Under the pieces are notes generated by a model. It searched no databases. It worked only from the letters and a program-made list of their open reading frames with translations, and was not told the origin of the DNA. Source: Dudresnaya verticillata (lineage: Eukaryota). From it: a DNA stretch of 64,000 bases. Positions 10,559 through 19,853 of this stretch are shown in pieces. How positions within the stretch are numbered: the first letter of the stretch is position 1; each line of letters starts with the position of its first letter. The position numbers and the translations under genes were made by a program. Location: contig OZ374561.1 of assembly GCA_977862235.1 (NCBI GenBank), positions 1,798,001 through 1,862,000 on the forward strand, read 5' to 3'.

Positions 10559-12058
10559 ATGCCCCCGCCCCCATCTCCGCCTCCGCCTCCGCCTCCGCCT
10601 CCGCCTCCACCTCCGCCCCCGTCGCGCCCTGTTCGAAGCCCAGGCGACCCCTCGTCTCTGCCGCCGCCCCCGCCGCCGCCCGTCGCGCCAAAGTCGGATC
10701 ACGCCCCGGCCACATCCGCTGCTGCACCAGCCCCCCCTCCACCGCCCGTCGCGCCAAAGTCGAATCCTACCCCGACCCCACCCACTGCTGCATCAGCACC
10801 ACCGCCACCACCACCGCCACCACCACCGCCACCACCACCGCCACCACCACCGCCACCACCACCGCCACCGCCTCCAACAGGCGCCCAAAATCGCACAGGG
10901 GCAGCCGCAGCCTCACCCCCGCCGCCGCCTCCACCGCTGGCCTCGAGTGCAGCACCACGGCCACCATCGCATCCACAAGAGCACGCCCCAGATGAACACA
11001 CCTCGCAACATGTTTCCGGTGCCCCATCGGCCCCGCGGTCAGACATAGCCTCGTCCGCCCCGCCGCTATCACCGCCCCCGCCCTCGGAGACACCGAAGCC
11101 GCGCCTAGCCATCATGCCCAGCAAGCCACGTGGTGGGGCTCAGTCTGCTTCTCCACCTTCTTCGCCACGCCGTCCGCGTCGCGCCGGCACCGGCATTCCG
11201 CGCCCCACGCAGCGCACCCACTCCGAATTCGACCCCGACGAGTCGCTGCACGGCCGTAGCGCTCGAGACGAGTTCGAGGAGGAGTTTCTCAACCGCGCAT
11301 CTAGTGCGGATCGCGAGGGGCAGATAATCAATCAGCACCTTGAAGGGGTGGACTTCCGTCAGCTCGACGACGATGAGGAGATTTTGTCCGATGATGCCGC
11401 GGATCCTGAGCGTGGTGAAGGAGCAGCTCGTCGTGCAGAGGCAGCGCGCAAAAACGGTCGCAGCGGAGATGTCAGGTTTGATAGTAGTACACAGTTTGAT
11501 ACCATCGAGCTCAGCCGTATTCGGCAGAGTACTGTACGGTCCAATTGGCGCCGTATTCCATCAGAAGTTGGCTGTGAGGGATGCGAAGGGTGCGACCGAC
11601 TTTGTGACGAGAATCGTCGCCTGCGTCGTCAATTGGACGAGCTTGAGTTTGAGCTGGCGTCGGGAGTTTTGCACAACCCTGCGGATGGCTTTGACGCTCC
11701 ACTGACGAGAGCCGTTCCGGCAATTCCACAAATCCCAATCCCAGGAAAGAAGAGGAAAAATGGGTGGACAAGCAAGTTGAAAAACTCGACCAGCGTGTCG
11801 CTCTCATCATCGAAGCCTAGCGAACGTGCACGGCTCAAGAGCGAGGTACAGGCTCTTTCAGTTACTACAGAGTACCTCTGGCGCAAGCTAAATAAGGCCG
11901 AGCAGGAGCTCAGGTCCTATCGCCAGAAGGACCTACGGACCAGGATGATGCTCAACGAGCAACACCAGAAGCAACAGCATCAACAGCATCAACCCCACAC
12001 GAGCTCTGCACTAGCAGTTCAGCCAAATATCAGAAGTTCTGACTGGGAGTGGGAATGA
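10559..12058 (+). CDS. Proline-rich protein with C-terminal coiled coils
   Basis: ATG 10559 (MPPPPSPPP), long poly-Pro tracts, then acidic and coiled-coil segments (CDRLCDENRRLRRQLDELE; LWRKLNKAEQEL). Confidence 0.7.
   Translation: MPPPPSPPPPPPPPPPPPPPPSRPVRSPGDPSSLPPPPPPPVAPKSDHAPATSAAAPAPPPPPVAPKSNPTPTPPTAASAPPPPPPPPPPPPPPPPPPPPPPPPPPTGAQNRTGAAAASPPPPPPPLASSAAPRPPSHPQEHAPDEHTSQHVSGAPSAPRSDIASSAPPLSPPPPSETPKPRLAIMPSKPRGGAQSASPPSSPRRPRRAGTGIPRPTQRTHSEFDPDESLHGRSARDEFEEEFLNRASSADREGQIINQHLEGVDFRQLDDDEEILSDDAADPERGEGAARRAEAARKNGRSGDVRFDSSTQFDTIELSRIRQSTVRSNWRRIPSEVGCEGCEGCDRLCDENRRLRRQLDELEFELASGVLHNPADGFDAPLTRAVPAIPQIPIPGKKRKNGWTSKLKNSTSVSLSSSKPSERARLKSEVQALSVTTEYLWRKLNKAEQELRSYRQKDLRTRMMLNEQHQKQQHQQHQPHTSSALAVQPNIRSSDWEWE
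10799..10876 (+). repeat. (CCACCACCACCG)n coding minisatellite giving poly-Pro
   Basis: About 6 tandem 12-nt units visible. Confidence 0.85.
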
Positions 12059-12418
12059 CCTGCCCTCTAACCTGCTGTAACTGCATCCCGATGTATGTCA
12101 TCCTTGCCTTCCTGCGAAGCATCTCGTATTTGGCTAACATGGGTGCACAGAACACTAGCTATTAACAAGGCATTTGTAGTGTACGCAGATATGTATTGTA
12201 GACGAAGAGTCCTGTTATGCCAACCTAAACAGACGTTAAGCGCATAAGCATCCGCTGGCCAACTTCGTCGCGAATGTGGTCCGCCAGGCGAAGCAGTTCC
12301 CTTTCAGAACAATTTCCTCGCAGAACATCAGGGAAGAGACCGCAGATCTACAAATTTCCGAGAAGACCCAATAATAGCAAACGCAACACGGGAACCCAGG
12401 CTTTACAAAAACGGTAGC

Positions 12419-12976
12419 TTACTTCTTGTAACCACAGCTGCTACGGCGACCGCGAGCACGCTCGAACTTGCGACCCTTGGAACGGACATACGGCTTGACA
12501 TGTCCCTTCTTCGCAACACCGAAGAAGTGCTTGTAAACCTCCCTCGCATGGCGCCTCCCTCGCAGCAGGACGGTACCGGCGCCGGTCGGGGCCCTCATGG
12601 CAAGCTGATCGAACGTGATGCACTCACCACCAGCCTTCTCAATACGAACGCGAGCCGTCTTGGAGAAGTCCAAAGCGCAGATGGAGAGCTTCGGAATGTC
12701 GAGCATGCGCTCGTCGTCGAGCACCTTGCCGACGATGACGACGGTCTTGTCCTCGCGCTCCTTCATCTGAAGCGCGATGCGCGAGATAGACATCGGCGGG
12801 CGCGATGTCCGCGACATAAACAGCCGCTTCAGGACGATCGAGTTGAACTTGTCATCCGTACGGCGGGCAAGGAAACGGTACAGCTGAACCAGCAGCGCGA
12901 GGTACGGGTTCTCCGACTTCGGCGCCTTGCGGCCACCCTTCTTGATGCGTCCTCCCTTCTCCAAATCGATACCCAT
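12419..12976 (-). CDS. RPL18: 60S ribosomal protein L18 (eL18)
   Basis: MGIDL...KSENPYL...LYRFLARRT...[18 protein letters not shown]. Confidence 0.97.
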   Translation of the reverse strand: MGIDLEKGGRIKKGGRKAPKSENPYLALLVQLYRFLARRTDDKFNSIVLKRLFMSRTSRPPMSISRIALQMKEREDKTVVIVGKVLDDERMLDIPKLSICALDFSKTARVRIEKAGGECITFDQLAMRAPTGAGTVLLRGRRHAREVYKHFFGVAKKGHVKPYVRSKGRKFERARGRRSSCGYKK

Positions 12977-13531
12977 GGTGGTTGAGCGTCGTCAGCAACA
13001 CGGGCGCAGTTTTGGAAGGAGCGGAAGGCAAACGGAGTCCGGAGTGGGTGGGTGCTATCGGTGGGCGCGGCGGAAACTCGTCGCGGAAATGGTTCGAGGG
13101 AATTGAGTTTCTTCGATCTGATCCGCTCGGGCGGACGACGTCGACGGCGACATTTGTTTGTATTGGATCATTGATCCTGTTCTGTGCTTCTACGACGAAA
13201 ACTTCTGAAGAAATATTTTGAAATATTTTATAAAACATTGGGGCTATTTGCTCATTTCGGGCAAATGGACCAGTGGATCAGATGGAGCATGGCCGGATAT
13301 CCACATTGCTCGACTGTCGGCCCCAGGTCCCGCCATCTGGACCTCTGGGCTCTCTCAGGGCCGGCGCGTTCACGGCTTGAGCCTCGACAGAGGCCAGCAA
13401 CACTTTGCACATCCGTCGGACCTCTAGAATTTAGAAGCGTGCCGTTATGCAGAACGCTTGAATGTCCAAATGGAAAAAAAGAAAGCGGAGAGAAAACCCA
13501 GAACAATGTATCTGCAGGGAGGCATGGTGTA

Positions 13532-13586
13532 ACAAAATGGGAGAGGAGAGTTGGCCATGTGTGACAACTCTCCTCTCCCATTTTGT
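13532..13586. repeat. Perfect 22-bp inverted repeat with 11-nt loop
   Basis: ACAAAATGGGAGAGGAGAGTTG (13532-13553) and its reverse complement CAACTCTCCTCTCCCATTTTGT (13565-13586). Confidence 0.9.
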
Positions 13587-14910
13587 ATGACAATGTAATA
13601 TTAAGATACAAATAGAACTCTGATTAGTGTGAAATTGGGTTCATTATCGTTCAGATACTGGTGTCTACGACATTACAAAAGCAAGCACCTAGAAGCCAGC
13701 AGTATTCTCAAGTTCAGTACAGGAACCAGCTCTTCTGCAAAATTACACCGATAAGCATCGTTCTCTATTATTATATTTCCCTTCAAAAATACTGGTAAAG
13801 GTCATTGCAACCCACGTAGGAACATCGACAACAATAGGAACATCGACAACAAGAGTACTGATTTTCAGAAATAATTGCAATGCATCGTTTCAATAGAAAC
13901 AAAGCGAACAGCAGGAGGTCTGAGTTGGTACGAGTGTTAAAACCCCTATCGCGAACTTAAGAAGAGTATTAATATCAGGAAACTATTCAGGGGGATATAG
14001 AGACTTGGTAGGACTAAATTTCGACGCAGACCAAAACTGCTGTTTAAGCAGGTAGTCAGTGCATCTGCCATACTATAGATCTATACAGATAATATCTTTT
14101 TGGGACTATAGAATATATTATTAAATCTTTTGCACCCTTCTGATTCGTAGTGTGAATGGAGATGCTTTGATATACGCCTGAGAAACGCTCTTTCCTATAT
14201 TACAACAGAAACATTGGTCAGTATGTGTACTAAAATCATCAGTCAACGTTCCCGTCCGCATGCATGTGGATGTGCATCTAGAAAGAAGATAAAAGCTCCC
14301 TCATTACCAACTAGATCAGTTTCTTCAATTTTTGTGCTTCTGCAATATTCACAAATTGCCCTCTACGATTGACACGTACCCTATATTATACTAGAGTTAA
14401 CAAAACACAATATTGGTTGAGGAATTGTGAATTTAGGTGAAGGTTTAAAAGAAGTTTCAACAAACCTTGTACCGATGCTAGACTCGGAAAGGACTCTGCT
14501 GTTTACAAGCAAATTGCAAAATACGGCAGGACCAACAAGAGAAATTTAAGTACAAGATACAGATCGAGAACAACTGCGGGCTCCGGCCATTGTGTCCCAA
14601 AAAGTAAAGATATTTCGAACAGCTCTGTTTAGGGCCTGCAGGCAGGCAGGCAGGCCTGACTCGAAGTTTGTGGTTACACTAAGGGTTATTTTTTTGTCTG
14701 GGAACTAGGAGCAGCAGGAATGTTCTCATGAAAGGAAACTTATCAGCAAGGTTGCAAATTTGTAATAGGGCGACGAACTAAAAAAACATTTGCACGAAAG
14801 GCTCAGAACGGCAGGCATTAAGCTTGCATTGTACGTTGGCACGTCGACAAGGCAATACTAATTCACAGCACATAATGCCAAGATATTTCTACTAGGTAGG
14901 ATACAATGTA

Positions 14911-15744
14911 TCACTGATAGTTAGCTCCGCGGACAGCAATGCCGTAAACGCCAAGCCACTGTCGATCAACCACGATATGGTCTTTAGACCTTGCAAAGAA
15001 GTACCTTCCTTTTTTGCGGGGAGCACAAGTCCCAAGCATATTGCCATACCCGCCTTTTGTAACTCTTGCACCTCCTCCGATAAATTTATATCCACTGGGC
15101 GCAGTGATTATTTTGCGGTTATGACCATTAGGGCCAGTCCACCCAACGACCACTATGAGGTCTAGGCTAACTCCTCTTCTAGACCTAATCCCAATTGCGT
15201 AAGAAACAATGCGGGCCGGTGAATATCCGTGATGGTCTTTCGATGAAGCCACCCAGTTATTTCCAGACGGGTAGTTTTCTACAAGCAAATTACCATGACC
15301 TCTGTACAGACCGCTCCAGAGAGTATTTGCGCCACCCCCAACCAGCTTATAGCCAAATGGTACGGTGGCATTGACAGATGGATGGCCTCTTAAGGATTAA
15401 ATCGCACTATTAACGAAGACGTCCCAGTCGTCATTAGGGTCGTGTATTGCAATAGCATGTGCCCTGATTTTTCCAGGATCACTCTCAAAATGGTCTTTTG
15501 ATTGGACGGTCCAACCGCTCAATCCATGGCTCGGGTATGACTTGGTGAGTAGTTGTCCTGATCCTGAGAATATGACAGTGGCTCCGCCGCTCACGACCTT
15601 CCATCCGGCCGGAACACGGACGGTCGCAGTTGGATGATTCCGGCGAGAACTGAATGGGCTTGAGAAATGCTTTAGGGTGATTGTTTGTCCCTGTGATAAA
15701 GTCAAAAGTAGCGCAACCAGAGAAAACATGGGCAAGATCTGCAT
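14911..15744 (-). pseudogene. Secreted triple-repeat beta-rich protein with one in-frame TAA (15397-15399)
   Basis: Signal peptide MQILPMFSLVALLLTLSQG. Three ~85-aa repeats [VP.G.K..GGGA...G.G.LL...YP....W...SKDH...AI.I]. The two track ORFs share one frame and join across the single stop. Confidence 0.7.
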
Positions 15745-16133
15745 AGTGTTCAGTGCTTGGGAGTTTAGCGTCTTGCAGGTAGGTTTGTAGACCAGTTCTT
15801 GAACAGGAAGGATGGAACGTCGGAAGGGATAATGATTGACAAAGAGTGTGGGCAGTGTGAGAATGTGTGCGAGATTGCTGCGCTGTTTTCTCTCTGATGC
15901 CTTTCCTCGCCGACATGTCGGCGATTAAGTACTGCCCGTGGAGAGGATCGCTCCCCACCTGCTCCACCGTTCAACAACAGCTCCCCGCAGACAGGCGTCC
16001 GGATTGAATACCTTACGTCAGATAGAGCTCCAGTCATTGCTGTACGGAGCTTTCTGGCTCACGGAGAACTTCATAAAACAAACACCTCCGCTTTCCGAGC
16101 CACCATATTGTCTATAAAGGGAATAAAGAAAAG

Positions 16134-16184
16134 CTTACCTTAGTCTTTCTATTCTAGAATAGAAAATATAATATCTAAGGTAAG
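16134..16184. repeat. Nested palindrome/hairpin
   Basis: CTTACCTTAG...CTAAGGTAAG arms around the perfect 20-bp palindrome TTTCTATTCTAGAATAGAAA. Confidence 0.8.
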
Positions 16185-16187
16185 TTG

Positions 16188-16465
16188 TCACCTTCGCGCA
16201 GTACGAAGCGATACATTAGGAATCCGTCTGCAGTAAGCTCCCTAGGTAGCAAGCAACTAACAGACTAAACAGAATAGAAAGGCCACGGTGATGATAAGTT
16301 TTACTCGATGTTTAAGGTGAGCTCACGCGAGCAACAAAGGCCCATGGGCGAGCGCACCAGAAAGGCTAAGGTGAATCATCACCTTCGCGCAGTACATTGT
16401 GCTACACTAGGAATTTGCCTACGGTAAACCCCGAAGAGCTCCACAGATAGCAAGCAACTAACAGA
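16188..16465. repeat. Two diverged ~80-bp direct repeats (16188-16264, 16379-16465)
   Basis: Both start TCACCTTCGCGCAGTAC and end TAGCAAGCAACTAACAGA. Confidence 0.75.
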
Positions 16466-17509
16466 GTGCTTTGAATTGAGATACTTGATCATGCTCGAAA
16501 AGAGGAAAAAGACATATTCGCAATCGCGCAAGAGATGTAGGGCGTTACACAGGAGGCCGCACGGTCAATGCATTGTATGCACTGTAGAAATGCATTGTAT
16601 GTATTGTAGAAGTTGAAATCGTTGCCGTGGTCAGAATAGCCTGATATGTTCTAGTCCTGAATGTTATATACACACAGTCTATTGTGTTCATCGTTCCCAG
16701 AATAAGGAGAGGAGGATATGCTTGCTAGGGCGTCCTGAAAGTTGAAGCGCTTGGGAAGTCCCAAGAGAGGACTTCCAAGAGAGGGAGATGTGGCTATAAC
16801 TATGGACTGGAAAGCTGTCGTCGCCCTGAAATTTTCACAGCAGAGGCCGCAAGGTAATCGTTGGAGTATTGCATGTGCATTTGTTTGATCGTCTCTAGTC
16901 CTTTTTTCCAAATCCAGCCCAGGAACAGGGCGATTTCTGGATGCTAACTATCTTTTTAAGCCAGGCCATCGCTTGTCATAACTGAAGTAGTCTCGAAGAA
17001 ATGTGGGAGAAGCTGACCCTGAATAGTGGCCAGTTACAGCTACTACAATACATACAGCGCTATCATTGGGAAGTGACTGCAGAACCTTTCATCATTTCTT
17101 TTTCGATCTACTCAACTTGAGGATTTGATCTGTGTGAAGGGAAATTTCCTATCATGCCATTCTGGAAGAACTTTCTTCGCATTAAAATCTGAATTCTCGA
17201 ATATAGTACATACAAGGCTTTCACTCCGTAGTGAATTTTACATGAAAGCCATTAATGGCGACGCAACGACTCCTGAACCTCGGGGGAGTTCTCCCGGTTA
17301 TTGAGCACCCTTCGAAAGTTTGGTTTGCACTAATGAAGCATTCTTGCACTGAACGCAAGTGAACAAGTCGAAGCAATTCTGCAGGACTGCCCTTCTTAAT
17401 TGCCTCAGTAACACACCCAGTGTAGAACCCTGTCGCGATAATAGTTTTAAACGGCTAGAGCGAGCGAAGTTTGGCATGCTGTTTGGTGAAGAATAGAGAA
17501 CGGTATCCG

Positions 17510-18487
17510 TGTTGGAATGCAGCCGCAAGAGAGCGCGCCGCAAGAGAAATTAAAATCAAACGTCGGTTTATTGCGTTAAGTAAGGGATATAGGAAGACTG
17601 TCAGCTAGCTAAAACAAACCATAGTTAGGAATAGAGAGATAGGATAGAATTGCCGGGCAAAACGAAAGCGTATATAAGCCGCCGTCGCGCGGCAACTTGG
17701 ACTAAAGAGGCAGACAAAAAACCCAACCGAAACCAGCAAGCCGCTCACGACAGCCTGTCCCCTAACCAAACCAACACACGATACGCCCATTTTGAGTGGC
17801 GTGTGTGTACTACTGTAGTAGAATGGCTTTCAAGCCAGAGTAGACGGCCACACAGCACGACAGCTGTCCTGAAAGCGTGATCCCACTCGCGTGGTTGGTA
17901 GCTCGAAAAGGGGTGGTAGAGACTTGAGAGGGCGGCAAGCCCTGCAAAAGAGGGGGAAAAGGGAAGGCGAACCGTACTGCTTAGAGCAGTCGTCGTAGGC
18001 AGCACGGCTTGTAAACGCCTAACGGGGGGTGTAGCGGTGATACCGTGAGAGTCCAACAAAAGGGGAAAAACCCAAGGCACACACCGCTGCCCTTTTAGTG
18101 CGGGGCCCCTGCTACTCAGGGGCCTAATAAATACGGCGGGAGCCGAAAAGGTACTACCCGCTCAGTTAGAGCTATAATGCTAACAATGAGCTAATACTGT
18201 ACACTAACAGTTACACTAGCGATTAAAAATAGGAATGAGCGGTCATCCCGCTTCCGTACGTACGGCGCCATTGTAAGGCGCCACGCCAAAAATAGACGTG
18301 CCATCATGGCGCGTATCCGCCACTCAGCGCGCATTGTACTCACGTAGTTAATTGTCCCATGGCGAGCAGCCATCTCCCTCCTGCATCCCACGCCTTACAG
18401 ACGTCGCGTGTACACGTGGCTCCTTACAGCGCCCCAGCGCTCGTTATACCACAACTACTCCCACCACCCACCTTGTTTTTAGTGACA
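17510..18487 (+). repeat. Copia 5' LTR, split by a solo LTR (17510-17813 + 18459-18487)
   Basis: Matches 38393-38724; TATATAA at ~17671. Confidence 0.92.
17814..18453 (-). mobile_element. Solo LTR of a Gypsy subfamily related to the 18801-32947 element, inverted
   Basis: TSD ACTAC (17809-17813, 18454-18458). Reverse complement starts TGTGGTATAA, ends CATTCTACTACA and shares blocks with the Gypsy LTR. Confidence 0.9.
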
Positions 18488-18800
18488 TTCATGAATTTAC
18501 GCCAAAACCACATCATCAACTGAGTAACCGTTACTAACCGAAACAACTCAGTAGGCGACAAAACATAGCTCTGTCTCACAGTTGAAATTGATCCTGATTG
18601 ATCATTTCACTGTGTGACATCTAATACTGCCATTTATTGGCTTGTCGTTTAAAAGAGTCAAAAGTAACTTGATTACTACAACTATCTTCAACAGATACCC
18701 GCACTACATGACGCACGTCAACTAACCAAGACATCTCAAGCTTACAGTGGCGATAGTCAAAAGAGCCGCGAATGACCCAGAAGTCATCCGTGAGCGCCAA

Positions 18801-19421
18801 TGTGGAATAATTAGCGCCCGAGCGCTGTAAGCACACACGTGTACAGACGACGCCTGTAAGGCGTGCGGCGCCCGAGGGCACGATGGTTGAGATGGCTGAT
18901 TATCATTGGTTGATTAATCCTGGTCACCCATATTTTTGGCATGGCGCGCCAGACAGCGGCGCGCCTGTACCTCGTAGTGGTACTACCACTCATTCCTATC
19001 ATTGGATTGTAATCCACCATTCAGTGTACAGTATTAGGTAACTGTCATTATTATAACTCTAACTTAGAGTGGGTAGCATTTCCGGCTTCCCGCCGTATTT
19101 AATGGGCCCCTGAGTAGCAGGGGCCCCGCACTAAACCGGTAGCGGTGTGTACTTTGGGCTGTACCCATTTTCTGGTCTTCCTACGGTGCCACCGTGTTTC
19201 CCTTGCCTTGGGCGTCTACAAGCCCTATCGTGTACGACGATTGCTCTACGCTGTAGGGTTCGCCTTCCCTTTTTCTTTGTTTCTGGGTATTACACCCACT
19301 ACAAGTCTCTACCACCCCCCTTTTCCCTTTTCCTTTGAGCTACCGCCCACCGTGAGTGTGTGTCCCCAGGACAGCTGTCGCGCCGTTTTATCGCCGACTA
19401 CCTGGCCAAGGGCCAACTACA
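18801..19421 (+). repeat. Gypsy 5' LTR (621 bp)
   Basis: TGTGG...ACTACA; duplicate at 32323-32947. Confidence 0.95.
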
Positions 19422-19422
19422 G

Positions 19423-19435
19423 TGGTCTCCCGACC
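19423..19435 (+). promoter_or_regulatory. Gypsy primer-binding site TGGTCTCCCGACC (tRNA uncertain, possibly Tyr)
   Basis: TGG-starting tract 1 nt after the LTR, complementary to a tRNA 3' end ...GGUCGGGAGACCA. Confidence 0.75.
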
Positions 19436-19853
19436 TAGAACAAGCTCTCAGGGTCGGACCCTTTTCTACCTTGCCATCGACAGGCCGAATCGAGAAGTCA
19501 AGACAGGACGGAGTGTCCGTTGATTTTCAAGGTTCCAACCTCTCGAAGGGCAAAACCCTAGTCGTCTTACTGTCGACGGTTTCTACGCTTCACGTTAAGC
19601 TCCAGAATAGCGTCAAATCTGTGAGCAAGCACAAGTTCGTTTTACGGTTTTATCCGTTTTTAGAAGTACCCTCTCACGGCGGAGTGACGCCCGGAGTGAG
19701 ACTACCTCAACAGGTTTTCCGTGCATCCTGAGAAAACACGAGTATAATACGGTTTCTACCGTCGAGGAGCCTGGGAAGAAGTCCCCGCTACCACATCGGC
19801 TGAACCGAGAAGAACGTCATCAGACCGACGATACAGGTCCTGTTGAAGTCAAG

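Noticed and set aside
13816..13852. 18-bp tandem duplication (also 21-bp at ~39348 and GCAG microsatellite at ~14637)
   Set aside because: Simple slippage duplications with no spacers; not CRISPR-like.
16651..17509. Possible - strand pseudogene disrupted by the Copia
   Set aside because: Stop density is close to random and no motif was recognised.
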